NCBI GenBank assembly: GCA_037969395.1
Contig: JBBKXJ010000070.1
Span: forward strand, 3,935-67,934
Source of the DNA: Pseudomonadales bacterium
Lineage (GTDB): Bacteria > Pseudomonadota > Gammaproteobacteria > Pseudomonadales > JAUIET01
Length of the DNA stretch: 64,000 nucleotides
Direction of reading: 5' to 3'
Numbering within the stretch: the first letter of the stretch is position 1; the number at the start of each line of letters is the position of its first letter. The notes beneath the pieces were generated by a model. It made no database searches and was not told the DNA's origin. It worked only from the letters and a program-made list of their open reading frames with translations. This document shows positions 21,304 through 31,428 of the stretch, one piece after another. The position numbers and the translations under genes are program-made.

Positions 21304-21894
21304 ATGCAATACGATAAACCACTTAGAAATATTCTGGCTGCCAACGTCGAACAAACGATGGGCGTTATCGAGCCATTACTGGCAGATATTCAGTACGCCG
21401 GAGCGCTTATTTCAGAGTGCTTCCTGAGTGACGGGAAGTTGATGCTATGCGGTTGCTCCAGCGCGTCGGCAATCAGTCAATATCTTACCGCGATGCTGGC
21501 AAACGGCGTCGAATATGATCGACCGAGCCTGCCAGCGATGATGCTATCTGCTAACGCCGTAGCGACTGCCAAAGTGGACAAGCAGTGCGAAGTTTACTCG
21601 CGCCAGGTGTACGCGCTCGGCAATGCCAGCGACGTGCTGCTGCTATTTTCCGCAAATACCAACGCGCCAGCGCTGGCGCAAACCGTGTTAGCCGCGCAAG
21701 AACGGCAGATGCAAGTAATCGCGATCACTGGTGCTGAGGATCAGGACGTGTCCGCGACGTTGGCACCGAGGGATAAAGAGATTTACATCGCAACAAGTAG
21801 CAAAACGCGCATTATTGAAGCGCACGTTCTGATAGCGCATTGTTTGTGCACGCTGATCGAACAGTCACTTTTTGGTATTGGTGAATCTGAATGA
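21304..21894 (+). CDS. SIS-domain GmhA/DiaA-family protein, divergent
   Basis: Lies between yraN and the BON gene; RPSLPA, RQVYALG, DVLLLFS and HCLC are recognisable, but the catalytic motifs are eroded. Confidence 0.8.
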   Translation: MQYDKPLRNILAANVEQTMGVIEPLLADIQYAGALISECFLSDGKLMLCGCSSASAISQYLTAMLANGVEYDRPSLPAMMLSANAVATAKVDKQCEVYSRQVYALGNASDVLLLFSANTNAPALAQTVLAAQERQMQVIAITGAEDQDVSATLAPRDKEIYIATSSKTRIIEAHVLIAHCLCTLIEQSLFGIGESE

Positions 21895-22466
21895 CCCGTA
21901 ACATTGGCCTGACTTTGCTGCTGCTATCGCTGCTGTCATGTTATGGATGCAGTAGCCTCGTGGCAGCCGCGCGCACAACACCAATCCAGGATAACTATGG
22001 AAAGCGTAGTCTCGGCAACTTTATCGATGACTCTCTCATAGAGACCAAAATCAAAGCGAACTTGAAGTTGACCGATCAAAGACTGGGCGAAGCCCATATT
22101 AGCGTGGTCAGCTTTAACGGCGCAGTGTTGCTAATCGGTCAGGTACCTAGTCAAAATTTGAAGGCGCTTGCCGGCGATGTAGCGAATAAGCTGCGCGGTG
22201 TGAGTCGCACGCACAACGAACTGGTCGCGGCGGGTCCGTTGTCGGTGCCGGCGCGCATGAATGACGCCTGGCTAACAACGAAAGTCAAAACTAAGCTGTT
22301 AATCACACGTAACGTTAAAGCGAACCGGGTTAAAGTAGTAACCGAAAATGGCGTTGTTTATTTGCTCGGACTGGTTTCACGCGATCTCGGCGATCGCATT
22401 GTTGCCGCAGTGCGCAATACCTTCGGCGTGCAGAAGATCGTGCGCATTTTTGAATATATAGAATAA
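21891..22466 (+). CDS. dolP: Dual-BON lipoprotein DolP/YraP
   Basis: Lipobox-like CYGC; two BON domains (NGAVLLIGQV, TENGVVYLLG). Confidence 0.9.
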   Translation: MTRNIGLTLLLLSLLSCYGCSSLVAAARTTPIQDNYGKRSLGNFIDDSLIETKIKANLKLTDQRLGEAHISVVSFNGAVLLIGQVPSQNLKALAGDVANKLRGVSRTHNELVAAGPLSVPARMNDAWLTTKVKTKLLITRNVKANRVKVVTENGVVYLLGLVSRDLGDRIVAAVRNTFGVQKIVRIFEYIE

Positions 22467-22535
22467 GCCAGCGCTTTAGCGAGGTGGAGATTTTGCCGCA
22501 GCTGTAATCCTTAACGCTACGGCAAGCGGAAAACC

Positions 22536-22952
22536 TTACTTGACGATTGTCAATTGCGGTGTTTGCGATTTGCGTTCCGGCCGTGCGGGCTGGCTGGGTG
22601 CTTCAGTTGCCGCTGCCGGCTGTTGTTGCACCGGCGGCATATCGTTTTCGAACAACATACCCTGGCCGTTTTCTCTCGCGTAGATGCCCAACGCGGCGTG
22701 GATAGGAACGTACACGTCCGTGGCGACGCCGGAGAAGCGCGCATTGAAACTCAAATCATCATTGTTGATCTTAAGGCCTACCACCGCTGATGGCGAAACA
22801 TTCAAAACGATTTGGCCATCTTTTACATACTGAAGCGGTACCTCAACACCTTCCCGTTCCGCGTCTACCAAAACGTAGGGCGTACAGTTATTTTCAAGTA
22901 TCCAGTCATACAGAGCCCTTATCAAATACGATCGGCTGGATGTCATAGCCAT
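22536..22952 (-). CDS. sspB: ClpXP adaptor SspB
   Basis: YLIRALYDWILEN, FNARF, IYARENGQG, C-terminal LTIVK. Confidence 0.96.
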   Translation of the reverse strand: MAMTSSRSYLIRALYDWILENNCTPYVLVDAEREGVEVPLQYVKDGQIVLNVSPSAVVGLKINNDDLSFNARFSGVATDVYVPIHAALGIYARENGQGMLFENDMPPVQQQPAAATEAPSQPARPERKSQTPQLTIVK

Positions 22953-22992
22953 GAACATAACCCTTGAAGCTTAATAATTAACCACTATTGTA

Positions 22993-23628
22993 TCAGCTTC
23001 CGTCGCGCATTTCTCGTTCACGCTCCGATAAACTCATCTGAAACGACTCACGGGCAAAAACGCGCTTCATGTACTGATGTAGGGGTTTGGTTTGCCGGGT
23101 GTCAGGAATGCTGATACCCAACAGTGGCAGGCGCCACAGTATTGGAGCGAGGCAACAGTCGACCAGAGTAAATTCATCATTCATGAAGTAAGGCTTTTCG
23201 CCGAAGATCGGCGCCACTCCCATCAAACCTTCACGTAATTCCTTGCGTGACTTATCAATTGAGCGGGATTTACCTGCGTTGATATTGTCGGCCAAAATGC
23301 TCCAGTCTTTTTCAATTCTACAGATGTACTGACGGCTCTCGCCCCGCGCGACCGGGTACACTGGAAGCAGCGGTGGGTGGGGGAACCGCTCGTCTAAATA
23401 CTCCATCATAACGTTCGGTTCGTATAGCACGAGCTCGCGATCTACTAGCGTAGGCAGGCTATTGTAAGGATTCAGATCCGCAATATCGTCAGGCAATTTG
23501 TCATCGGTGACGTCTATGATGTCAACGGTCACACCTTTTTCCGCCAGCACTATGCGCACTCGGTGGCTGTAGTGACTCGTTGCATCGGAGAAAAACGTCA
23601 TCGACGACCTTTTTGCCATGACACCCAT
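22993..23628 (-). CDS. sspA: Stringent starvation protein A
   Basis: [33 protein letters not shown] 23628 with GAGG RBS. Confidence 0.96.
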   Translation of the reverse strand: MGVMAKRSSMTFFSDATSHYSHRVRIVLAEKGVTVDIIDVTDDKLPDDIADLNPYNSLPTLVDRELVLYEPNVMMEYLDERFPHPPLLPVYPVARGESRQYICRIEKDWSILADNINAGKSRSIDKSRKELREGLMGVAPIFGEKPYFMNDEFTLVDCCLAPILWRLPLLGISIPDTRQTKPLHQYMKRVFARESFQMSLSEREREMRDGS

Positions 23629-23657
23629 AGAACTTACCTCGCTGACCATGTCAGCAG

Positions 23658-25889
23658 TTAGTGAACGTCTTTCCAATACTCACGGTTGAGCAAATACGCA
23701 AAAACTAAAAATACAGCTAAAAACAAAAACACATATATTCCGATACGTTTGCGGTCCACTGTCATTGGCTCGCCCATGTACGACATAAAATTGACCAGAT
23801 TATAAACTGCCGTGTCGAATTCACCCTCTTCCAGTTTACCAGCTTCGGTAACTTCCAGGCGTCCACACTCTGCCTCGAGCATGTCCTGGCCGGTTAGCAT
23901 GTCACGTTTGACGCCACCGTGACTATCAGCCACCGGCCCGAGGGCGCACTCAGTTGTACCCTGCAATTCCAGCAAAGCGTGCGGCATCGCTACGTCTTTG
24001 AACACACGGTTGTTCACGCCCCAAGGGCGGGTCGGGTCAACATAAAAATTACGCAGGTAGGTATATAACCATTCAGGTGAGCGCAGCCGCGCCACCAGAG
24101 TCAAATCGGGCGGCGCGGACCCAAACCACTTTTTTGCGGAGTCCTCTGGCATTGCGATCGTCATCAGCTCGCCAATTTTGCTGTCATCAAACACCATATT
24201 TTCCATTGCCACTTCGGCGGGAATATCGAGGTCAGTGGCGACGCGCTCGTAACGGCCGTATTGTAGCGAGTGGCAACCCGCACAATAGCTGAAAAACACC
24301 TGTGCACCCGACTGCAATGACGCCTTGTCGTGCAAGTCGGCCTTGAATTCGTCGCACGGTATGGTGCCGCAGGCATGGCCTGTTTCTGCGCCTACAACTT
24401 TTAACGGCAGGAAGGCTAACAAGCCGACGATCGCGAAGGCACCCAGGGTCTTCCAGAAACCAATACCGCCATCCATTGTTACTCGCGACGGTTCAGGTTT
24501 GGTGTAGTCATTTCTTACCAGATACGGCATGGCGAAGAAGAATACGCCCACCAACGCCGTGTAGGTGAGAATCAGCCCCAGGTGATTCGCTTTCATGTCA
24601 CCCCAATAGCTAAACACCACGCCAAACATAAATACGCCAAACACGCCGCAAATTAGTTGCCGCAAGAGCGGTCTTGTCTGCTCCGGCTTGGTCCAGATCG
24701 GCATGGTCAGAAAGAACGCAAAATAAACCACGGTGCTAACTTGCGCCAACAGCGTACGTGCCATGGTCGGTGACTTGACGCCTATTACACCCAGGATGAT
24801 AAATGTCGACGCAAATATCAGGATCATTGCCTTCGGCACGAGACCCTTGTAGCGAACAGACTTCACAGGGCTGCGGTCCAGCCAAGGCAACACGAACATG
24901 ATGGCAATGGCAGCTGCCATCACGATAAAGCCGAGGAACTTAGCGGTCAGTGGGCCAAGATCGATGGTGACCGCGCGCAACATTGAATAGAACGGCGTGT
25001 AATACCACACCGGAGCGATGTGTTCCGGGGTTTTCAGCGGGTTGGCCAGCTCGAAGTTGGCGTGCTCGATAAAGTAACCGTTCATTTCAGGGAAAAAGAA
25101 AATGATCCCACAAAACACAAACAGGAACACGACAATGCCTACAATATCATGCACTGTGTAGTAAGGGTGGAATGCAATGCCATCCAGCGGCACGCCATCC
25201 GGACCTTTGGTTTTTTTGATCTCTACGCCGTCTGGGTTGTTCGAGCCAACTTCGTGCAACGCCAGAAGATGCAATACAACCAGGGCGAGCAATATAATCG
25301 GCAGCGCCACCACGTGTAGTGCGAAAAAGCGGTTTAGCGTAATACCGGAAATCAGGTAGTCGCCGCGTATCCACTCCACCAGTGCTTCGCCGACAACCGG
25401 AATAGCGCCAAACAGAGAGATAATTACTTGTGCGCCCCAATAAGACATGTTGCCCCAAGGCAAAACGTAGCCAAGAAAGCCTTCGGCCATCAGCGCGAAG
25501 TAAATAAGCATGCCGAATATCCACACCAGCTCGCGTGGTTTACGGTACGAGCCGTACAGCAAGCCGCGAAACATGTGGAGATACACAACCGCAAAAAATG
25601 CCGACGCGCCGGTGGAATGCATGTAACGGATAATCCAGCCATATTCTACGTCGCGCATGATGTATTCGACCGAGGCAAATGCACGCTCGGCCGAGGGTTC
25701 ATAGCTCATAGTGAGCCAGATGCCGGTCAAAAGCTGATTGACCAGCACCACCAACGACAGCACGCCGAAAAAATACCAAACATTGAAGTTTTTGGGTGCG
25801 TAATATTCACCCATGTGCGTATTCCACGCACGGACGATGGGCAGGCGGTCGTTAGTCCAATCGCGTAGTGCAACTAATGCGTTAGCCAT
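23658..25889 (-). CDS. Fused cytochrome b / cytochrome c1 of the bc1 complex
   Basis: A single 743-aa ORF. Cytochrome b part: [20 protein letters not shown]...LH, PVWY. Cytochrome c1 part: CAGCH, PPDL, VAMPH, C-terminal TM and EYWKDVH. Confidence 0.95.
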   Translation of the reverse strand: MANALVALRDWTNDRLPIVRAWNTHMGEYYAPKNFNVWYFFGVLSLVVLVNQLLTGIWLTMSYEPSAERAFASVEYIMRDVEYGWIIRYMHSTGASAFFAVVYLHMFRGLLYGSYRKPRELVWIFGMLIYFALMAEGFLGYVLPWGNMSYWGAQVIISLFGAIPVVGEALVEWIRGDYLISGITLNRFFALHVVALPIILLALVVLHLLALHEVGSNNPDGVEIKKTKGPDGVPLDGIAFHPYYTVHDIVGIVVFLFVFCGIIFFFPEMNGYFIEHANFELANPLKTPEHIAPVWYYTPFYSMLRAVTIDLGPLTAKFLGFIVMAAAIAIMFVLPWLDRSPVKSVRYKGLVPKAMILIFASTFIILGVIGVKSPTMARTLLAQVSTVVYFAFFLTMPIWTKPEQTRPLLRQLICGVFGVFMFGVVFSYWGDMKANHLGLILTYTALVGVFFFAMPYLVRNDYTKPEPSRVTMDGGIGFWKTLGAFAIVGLLAFLPLKVVGAETGHACGTIPCDEFKADLHDKASLQSGAQVFFSYCAGCHSLQYGRYERVATDLDIPAEVAMENMVFDDSKIGELMTIAMPEDSAKKWFGSAPPDLTLVARLRSPEWLYTYLRNFYVDPTRPWGVNNRVFKDVAMPHALLELQGTTECALGPVADSHGGVKRDMLTGQDMLEAECGRLEVTEAGKLEEGEFDTAVYNLVNFMSYMGEPMTVDRKRIGIYVFLFLAVFLVFAYLLNREYWKDVH

Positions 25890-26500
25890 CAGGCGTTCTC
25901 CTGATCTTCACCGACCACGATGACCTTATCATCTTCGTATCGGTAGGGTGGAATGTCCATATTGGTCGGCGCCGGCACTCCAGTATAAACGCGGCCGGCC
26001 AAGTCAAATTTCGAACCATGGCAAGGACAGAAAAACCCCCCAAGCCATTTATCGCCGCCCAAGTCAGCCGCCCCAACGTCAGGGCGAAACTTCGGCACAC
26101 AACCCAGATGGGTGCAAATACCAACCATCACGAAATACTCGGGTTTAATGGAGCGGTCTATTGAATCGATATAATTTGGTTGAACCGCATTCAGCGACTC
26201 AGGGTCTTTCAGATTCTTTGTGACTGGTCCCAATGACGCGAGCGCCTCCTTAGTACGGCGCAAGATGAACACCGGTTTACCGCGCCATTCGACAATGATC
26301 ATGCCGCCCGGCTCGATCTTGCTCACGTCCGCTTTTACCGGAGCGCCGGCTGCTTTGGCCCGTGCACTCGGCTTCCAGGAACCAAGGAATGGCACTGCCA
26401 CCCCAACCACACCGGCACCAGCTACGGCTGCAGTCATCGCCGTCAGTACGCGTCGCCGCCCCTTATTCGCGCCATCTTTATTCACGATGTTTGTCTCCAC
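25889..26500 (-). CDS. petA: Rieske Fe-S subunit of the bc1 complex
   Basis: Tat motif RRRVL, CTHLGC, CPCHGS. Confidence 0.97.
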   Translation of the reverse strand: METNIVNKDGANKGRRRVLTAMTAAVAGAGVVGVAVPFLGSWKPSARAKAAGAPVKADVSKIEPGGMIIVEWRGKPVFILRRTKEALASLGPVTKNLKDPESLNAVQPNYIDSIDRSIKPEYFVMVGICTHLGCVPKFRPDVGAADLGGDKWLGGFFCPCHGSKFDLAGRVYTGVPAPTNMDIPPYRYEDDKVIVVGEDQENA

Positions 26501-26537
26501 TGTGGATGATTAACCGCTTGCACGATTTATCTGGCGT

Positions 26538-26564
26538 AAAAAAACGCCCATGGCGGACGTTTTT
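26538..26564 (-). terminator. Intrinsic terminator after rpsI
   Basis: Minus strand AAAAACGTCC-GCCAT-GGGCGTTTTTTT. Confidence 0.8.
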
Positions 26565-26620
26565 GAAAATTGCGCGGTACAAACAAACAATTGCACCACC
26601 GGAGAGTACCGCGCCACAAA

Positions 26621-27013
26621 TTAGCGTTTGGAAAACTGTGGCTTTTTGCGTGCTTTGCGCAGGCCAACTTTTTTACGTTCTACTTCGCGTGCATCGCGAG
26701 TGACAAATCCGGCTTGTCGTAATGATGGTCGTAAATTTTCGTCGTATTCCATCAGAGCGCGCGTAATCCCGTGGCGAATAGCTCCAGCCTGGCCGAAGCT
26801 TCCACCACCGGAAACCGTTACGTGGATGTCAAAAGTATCAACCGCATTGGCTAATTCAAGCGGCTGACGCACAATCATGCGTGCAACTTCACGGCCAAAA
26901 TAGTTATCGAGAGAGCGTTTGTTAACCGTAATATTGCCGCCGCCGGACTGCAGGTATACTCGTGCGGTGGATGTTTTGCGTCGGCCGGTGCCGTAGTACT
27001 GTGTTGCTGCCAT
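26621..27013 (-). CDS. rpsI: 30S ribosomal protein S9
   Basis: YYGTGRRK...[19 protein letters not shown]. Confidence 0.99.
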   Translation of the reverse strand: MAATQYYGTGRRKTSTARVYLQSGGGNITVNKRSLDNYFGREVARMIVRQPLELANAVDTFDIHVTVSGGGSFGQAGAIRHGITRALMEYDENLRPSLRQAGFVTRDAREVERKKVGLRKARKKPQFSKR

Positions 27014-27028
27014 AGTGTGAGGGCTCTG

Positions 27029-27457
27029 TTAAATTGTCAGCGCTTGGGGTTGCTGCGCGGAATGCGGATGGTCTTCGCCACCATAGACTTTCAGCTTTTT
27101 GAACATGCTACGTCCTAGCGGGTTCTTCGGCAACATGCCTTTTACCGCATACTCAAGTGCGCGCTCCGGGGCGCTGGTTAGCAGGTCACCGAGTGCGATT
27201 GATTTGATCCCACCGGGATACTGGCTGTGACGATAGTACATTTTGTCTTTCATCTTATTACCAGTGGCGCGCACTTTGCCGGCGTTAATTACCACAATAT
27301 AGTCGCCGGTATCAACGTGCGGCGTAAATTCCGGCTTATGCTTACCGCGCAGGCGATGGGCTATTTGACTGGCGAGACGACCCAGGGTCTTATTGCTCGC
27401 ATCAACGACATACCAGTCGCGTTCAACAGTTTCGTTTTTGGCACTAAAGGTTTTCAT
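27029..27457 (-). CDS. rplM: 50S ribosomal protein L13
   Basis: MKTFSAK start (27457), [21 protein letters not shown]. Confidence 0.99.
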   Translation of the reverse strand: MKTFSAKNETVERDWYVVDASNKTLGRLASQIAHRLRGKHKPEFTPHVDTGDYIVVINAGKVRATGNKMKDKMYYRHSQYPGGIKSIALGDLLTSAPERALEYAVKGMLPKNPLGRSMFKKLKVYGGEDHPHSAQQPQALTI

Positions 27458-27500
27458 GGCGGAGAATTCTGAAAAAAAGGCAAAGGAATAAAGTGCGCGC

Positions 27501-27529
27501 ATACTACAGAACCAGCGTTTTTTATTCAA
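27501..27529 (-). promoter_or_regulatory. rplM-rpsI promoter with GC-rich discriminator
   Basis: TTGAAT-N17-TAGTAT-GCGCGC. Confidence 0.7.
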
Positions 27530-27598
27530 CCTAGAAAATAGCTGAAAACTACGTCGGCGTGCGGAAAAGATAGCGTTCCGCGTGTATGGTACAGCACG

Positions 27599-28717
27599 TT
27601 AGGCTCGATGTTGCCTGGCAAGATAGTCGTGTGACTGCATCTCCCGCAGCCTACTGGCCGTGCGCTCGAATTCAAACTTTAGAAGAACGCCTTGATAAAG
27701 GGCTTCAATAGCAGCTGCCGCTGACATCACCAGTTTGACATTCCGGTCATAAAATTCGTCTACAAGGTTGATAAAACGCCGCGCCTGATCTTCTTCGCTG
27801 GCGTTCATCACCGGCACATTACTGATCAGCACCGCATGATACTCCATCGCCAGTTCAATATAATCATTTTGACTGCGAGGGCCGTCGCACAATGTCGCAA
27901 ACTCAAACCAGACGACATCATCAGCACAGCAGCGGCTAGGCAGAACGCGGCCGTTCACTTCGATTAGTTGGCCGCTTACACCTTTCTCAGATGCCAGTTT
28001 GGAAAAATTGGACTCCAGTACTGTTTCGGCCTCGGCATCGAGCGGAAAGTGATACAGTTCCGCTTGTTCCAGCACGCGCAACCTGTAGTCACAGGCGGCG
28101 TCGAGATGTACCACTTTTGTATGCTGATTTATCAGCTTTATAGCCGGCAGGAACCGCTGCCGCTGTAAACCGTTTTTATAAAGCTCATCGGGCAGGATAT
28201 TTGACGTTGCGACCAGCGTCACCTGATGCGCAAACAACAACTCGAACAGGCCGCCCAGGATCATCGCATCGGCAATATCGGCGACGAAAAATTCATCGAA
28301 ACAAATAACGCGGGCTCGCGACGCCAGTCGCTCTGCCACTCTTTCTAAAGGGTTGCTGGTGCCTGCCAGGGCTTTTAGCTCGCCATGCACATGGCGCATA
28401 AAACGATGGAAATGCGCGCGCAGTTTGCGTTCGAATGGCAGACCTTCGTAGAACGCATCCATCAAATACGTTTTACCGCGGCCAACCCCACCCCAAAGAT
28501 ACAAGCCGCACACCGGTGCCTTGCTATTACTGGCAAACAAAGTGCGAACACGACTAAATATTTTGCTGTTACTACGATCGCTTTCAGCCCGCACCAATGC
28601 AAGGTAAACCTGCTGCAGCTCACGCACGGCGTTTTCCTGGGCTGGGTCGTGCTGGAAATCTGCGCGACGAAGATTTTCCTGATAGTGCGCAAGTGGGCTG
28701 CCGGAGGGCATATTCAT
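27599..28717 (-). CDS. zapE: Cell division ATPase ZapE (AFG1 family)
   Basis: GGVGRGKT, CFDEFFV, RRFINLVDEFYD, RTASRL. Confidence 0.96.
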   Translation of the reverse strand: MNMPSGSPLAHYQENLRRADFQHDPAQENAVRELQQVYLALVRAESDRSNSKIFSRVRTLFASNSKAPVCGLYLWGGVGRGKTYLMDAFYEGLPFERKLRAHFHRFMRHVHGELKALAGTSNPLERVAERLASRARVICFDEFFVADIADAMILGGLFELLFAHQVTLVATSNILPDELYKNGLQRQRFLPAIKLINQHTKVVHLDAACDYRLRVLEQAELYHFPLDAEAETVLESNFSKLASEKGVSGQLIEVNGRVLPSRCCADDVVWFEFATLCDGPRSQNDYIELAMEYHAVLISNVPVMNASEEDQARRFINLVDEFYDRNVKLVMSAAAAIEALYQGVLLKFEFERTASRLREMQSHDYLARQHRA

Positions 28718-28934
28718 ATTGGTACTTCAACGTAGCAAAAATTAGCGGCGGTCACTTTACCCTCGGCATCCCAACTTGGCAATTGCGAAACGGTAGACTT
28801 GTAAAAATTTGCGATCACGCCTGGGGCCTATTAAGTGCATACTATTCCCGTTTATCGATTCAACCATATTGATGACTACCCGCTGGTTAAATAGCCGGTA
28901 TAATGACCTGATTCACACGTTTTAGGAGCACCGG

Positions 28935-29384
28935 GTGACTAGTATTGAATGGATCTGGTTGACCGCGATTATCGCCGGCATCATCGGCTGTCTCGGTGGC
29001 TGGTTTTTAGGGCGAAAGTCAAGCGACGGACAACGTAAAAGTCTGGCGCTGCAGCAATCGTTGGATACATCTGAACAACAGCTACAAGAATACAAGCGCG
29101 AAGTACAAGAGCATTTCGCACAAACTGCCGATGCGTTCAAGCAGATGAACGAATCCTATCAAAGCCTGCACCAACGCCTGGCGGAAGGCGCCAACACACT
29201 GTGTGGCGATATGGAAGACAACGCTCTGCTAACAAAAGCAAGCGGTCGCAGAGCAGATGATCCGGAGGGTAAACAGCAGACGCAGCTCCCGTTGGAGCCG
29301 CCGCTAGACTATGCGCCGAAGAAAGGACCCACCGACAAGGGCGTTTTAAATGAGGATTTCGGGTTGGAGAAGTTACGCTCGTAG
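28935..29384 (+). CDS. zapG: YhcB/ZapG family membrane protein
   Basis: N-terminal TM, EHFAQTA, PPLDYAPK; divergent from zapE. Confidence 0.88.
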   Translation: MTSIEWIWLTAIIAGIIGCLGGWFLGRKSSDGQRKSLALQQSLDTSEQQLQEYKREVQEHFAQTADAFKQMNESYQSLHQRLAEGANTLCGDMEDNALLTKASGRRADDPEGKQQTQLPLEPPLDYAPKKGPTDKGVLNEDFGLEKLRS

Positions 29385-29426
29385 TTACGCTTAGTCGAAT
29401 TGCTACGTTCTGCACTGTTCTGGCAT

Positions 29427-30185
29427 TTATACCGGATTGTCAACGTCGATAAACTGATGCTCCACGTCAAGCTTCTGCGCCAGGTATCTGCCCACTGCCT
29501 GCACTCCGTAGCGCTCAGTTGCGTGGTGCCCGGCCGCGTAAAAGTGAATGCCGGACTCGCGCGCTATGTGTACCGTTTGCTCTGATACCTCACCTGTGAG
29601 ATAGGCGTCTACGCCCGCATCGATCGCCTGCTGGATAAAATCCTGTGCGGCGCCTGTACACCATGCAATAGACTTAATCTGTTTGCTGCGGCCCGAGATA
29701 TGCAACGGTTCACGGCCTAATCGGCTCGCAATGTGACGCGTCAATTGCGCGCTGCTTAACGCCTCACCTAGTTCACCAATGCTGCCGATCGAGTTTTCAC
29801 CTGGCTGTAGCCCAGCGCGCGGTGTAATATCCAATACCTCTGCCAGCTGCGCGTTATTACCCAGCTGCAGATGAGCGTCCAACGGCAGATGATAAGCAAT
29901 CAGGCTGATGTCATGCTGCAGCAACGTCGCTATACGACGCCGTTTAATGCCGACAATCGTTGCGTCCTCACCGCGCCAAAAATAGCCGTGATGCACTAGC
30001 AAAGCGTCGGCATCATTTGCCACTGCCTGGTCCAACAAAGCCTGACACGCCGTTACCCCTGTGATTAGTTTCTTGACTTGCGGCCTACCTTCGACCTGCA
30101 GTCCGTTCGGACAATAGTCTTTAAATTTTTGTGGCTGCAGCAGCGTGTCAGTCGCGTCAATTAACTCTTTTAACGAGGTAGGCAT
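29427..30185 (-). CDS. Nif3-like dinuclear metal protein (YbgI)
   Basis: DYCPNGLQVEG, VHHG, YHLPLDAH, AGHHATE. Confidence 0.95.
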   Translation of the reverse strand: MPTSLKELIDATDTLLQPQKFKDYCPNGLQVEGRPQVKKLITGVTACQALLDQAVANDADALLVHHGYFWRGEDATIVGIKRRRIATLLQHDISLIAYHLPLDAHLQLGNNAQLAEVLDITPRAGLQPGENSIGSIGELGEALSSAQLTRHIASRLGREPLHISGRSKQIKSIAWCTGAAQDFIQQAIDAGVDAYLTGEVSEQTVHIARESGIHFYAAGHHATERYGVQAVGRYLAQKLDVEHQFIDVDNPV

Positions 30186-30253
30186 TACACGCTCTTATAG
30201 TATCTAGTCAGTGCGCATTATAATGTCGCTCCACATCGCTGTAACAGAAAACT

Positions 30254-31366
30254 ATGAACAGACTCGTTAGATTTTTCGCCTGGCCAGTCATCGCTGGCAT
30301 ACTGGCCGGCTTGCTACTGATCGACAAGTGGCCGCTGCTAACGAGCAAAAACGATGCACCCGTTGCCATCGTATTGGCCAGCCTCGCGCCGGCCGTCGAG
30401 CGAGCGACCCCTTCGGTAGTCAATATCTATACCAGCAAAACAATCCCGGCGCGTCGCCATCCGTTGCTGGATGATCCTTTCTTCAGGCGCTTTTTCAGGG
30501 GCATGCCCCAACCACGCCAGGACCGAGTGCAACGCAGCCTTGGTTCGGGGGTAATACTGCGCAGTGATGGTTATATCGTCACCAATAACCATGTGATCAG
30601 CGCGGCGGATGAAATTCAGGTGCTGTTTGCCAACGGCACAAGCGGCCTGGCAGAGATAGTCGGCACCGACCCTGAATCTGATCTGGCGGTGCTGAAAGTG
30701 GACTTTGACAATCTGCCTGGCATGCAGCTTGGCGATCCTGAACACGCTCGCATAGGTGATATTGTGTTGGCCATCGGCAATCCTTACGGTCTGGGTCAAA
30801 CGGTGACACAAGGTATTATCAGCGCCACCGGTCGCTACGGACTGCAACTCAATACGTTTGAAAACTATATTCAAACCGATGCCGCTATCAACCCTGGCAA
30901 CTCCGGCGGCGCACTGGTCGATGTTAACGGCAAACTGTTGGGCATTAACTCGGCTATTTATTCGCGTAGCGGTGGCTCGCAGGGCATTGGCTTGGCCATA
31001 CCGGCCAACACGGTAGCTATGGTCAGCGATGACCTGATCGAATACGGTCGCGTGCAGCGCGGTTGGCTGGGTATAGAAGTGCAGGACTGGTCCGCGCAAC
31101 TTGCAGCCACGCTAAAGCTGCCTGACGATGTGCAGAGTATGGTAGTGACAGGCATCTACCCCAACGGCCCTGCAGCGCAGGCCGGTCTACAACAAGGAGA
31201 TTTACTAGTTGCCATCGCCGGCGAGCCGGTTAACGATGCGTACACAGCCATGAACATAATCGCTGCACAAAAGCCCGGCAGTGACATTGCTTTGACGATC
31301 TATCGACAAGGAAATACTCGAGAGTTAGTAACCACCATGGACATTCGGCCCGAGCCGAAAACCTGA
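30254..31366 (+). CDS. degS: HtrA-family serine protease with one PDZ domain (DegS/AlgW-like)
   Basis: TNNHV, DLAVL, INPGNSGG triad; single C-terminal PDZ; N-terminal anchor. Confidence 0.88.
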   Translation: MNRLVRFFAWPVIAGILAGLLLIDKWPLLTSKNDAPVAIVLASLAPAVERATPSVVNIYTSKTIPARRHPLLDDPFFRRFFRGMPQPRQDRVQRSLGSGVILRSDGYIVTNNHVISAADEIQVLFANGTSGLAEIVGTDPESDLAVLKVDFDNLPGMQLGDPEHARIGDIVLAIGNPYGLGQTVTQGIISATGRYGLQLNTFENYIQTDAAINPGNSGGALVDVNGKLLGINSAIYSRSGGSQGIGLAIPANTVAMVSDDLIEYGRVQRGWLGIEVQDWSAQLAATLKLPDDVQSMVVTGIYPNGPAAQAGLQQGDLLVAIAGEPVNDAYTAMNIIAAQKPGSDIALTIYRQGNTRELVTTMDIRPEPKT

Positions 31367-31379
31367 GAGATGAGCGCGC

Positions 31380-31410
31380 AAGGTTAGGTTACTCCTCCGT
31401 AACCTTCCTT
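31380..31410. terminator. Hairpin between convergent degS and hisD
   Basis: AAGG..AGGTTAC-tcctcc-GTAACCT.CCTT; no clear U-tract. Confidence 0.35.
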
Positions 31411-31428
31411 AAGCCTCAGGGCGCTTCA

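Noticed and set aside
25000-25012. Cytochrome b Qo motif PVWY instead of PEWY
   Set aside because: PVWY is a known common variant in beta- and gammaproteobacteria.
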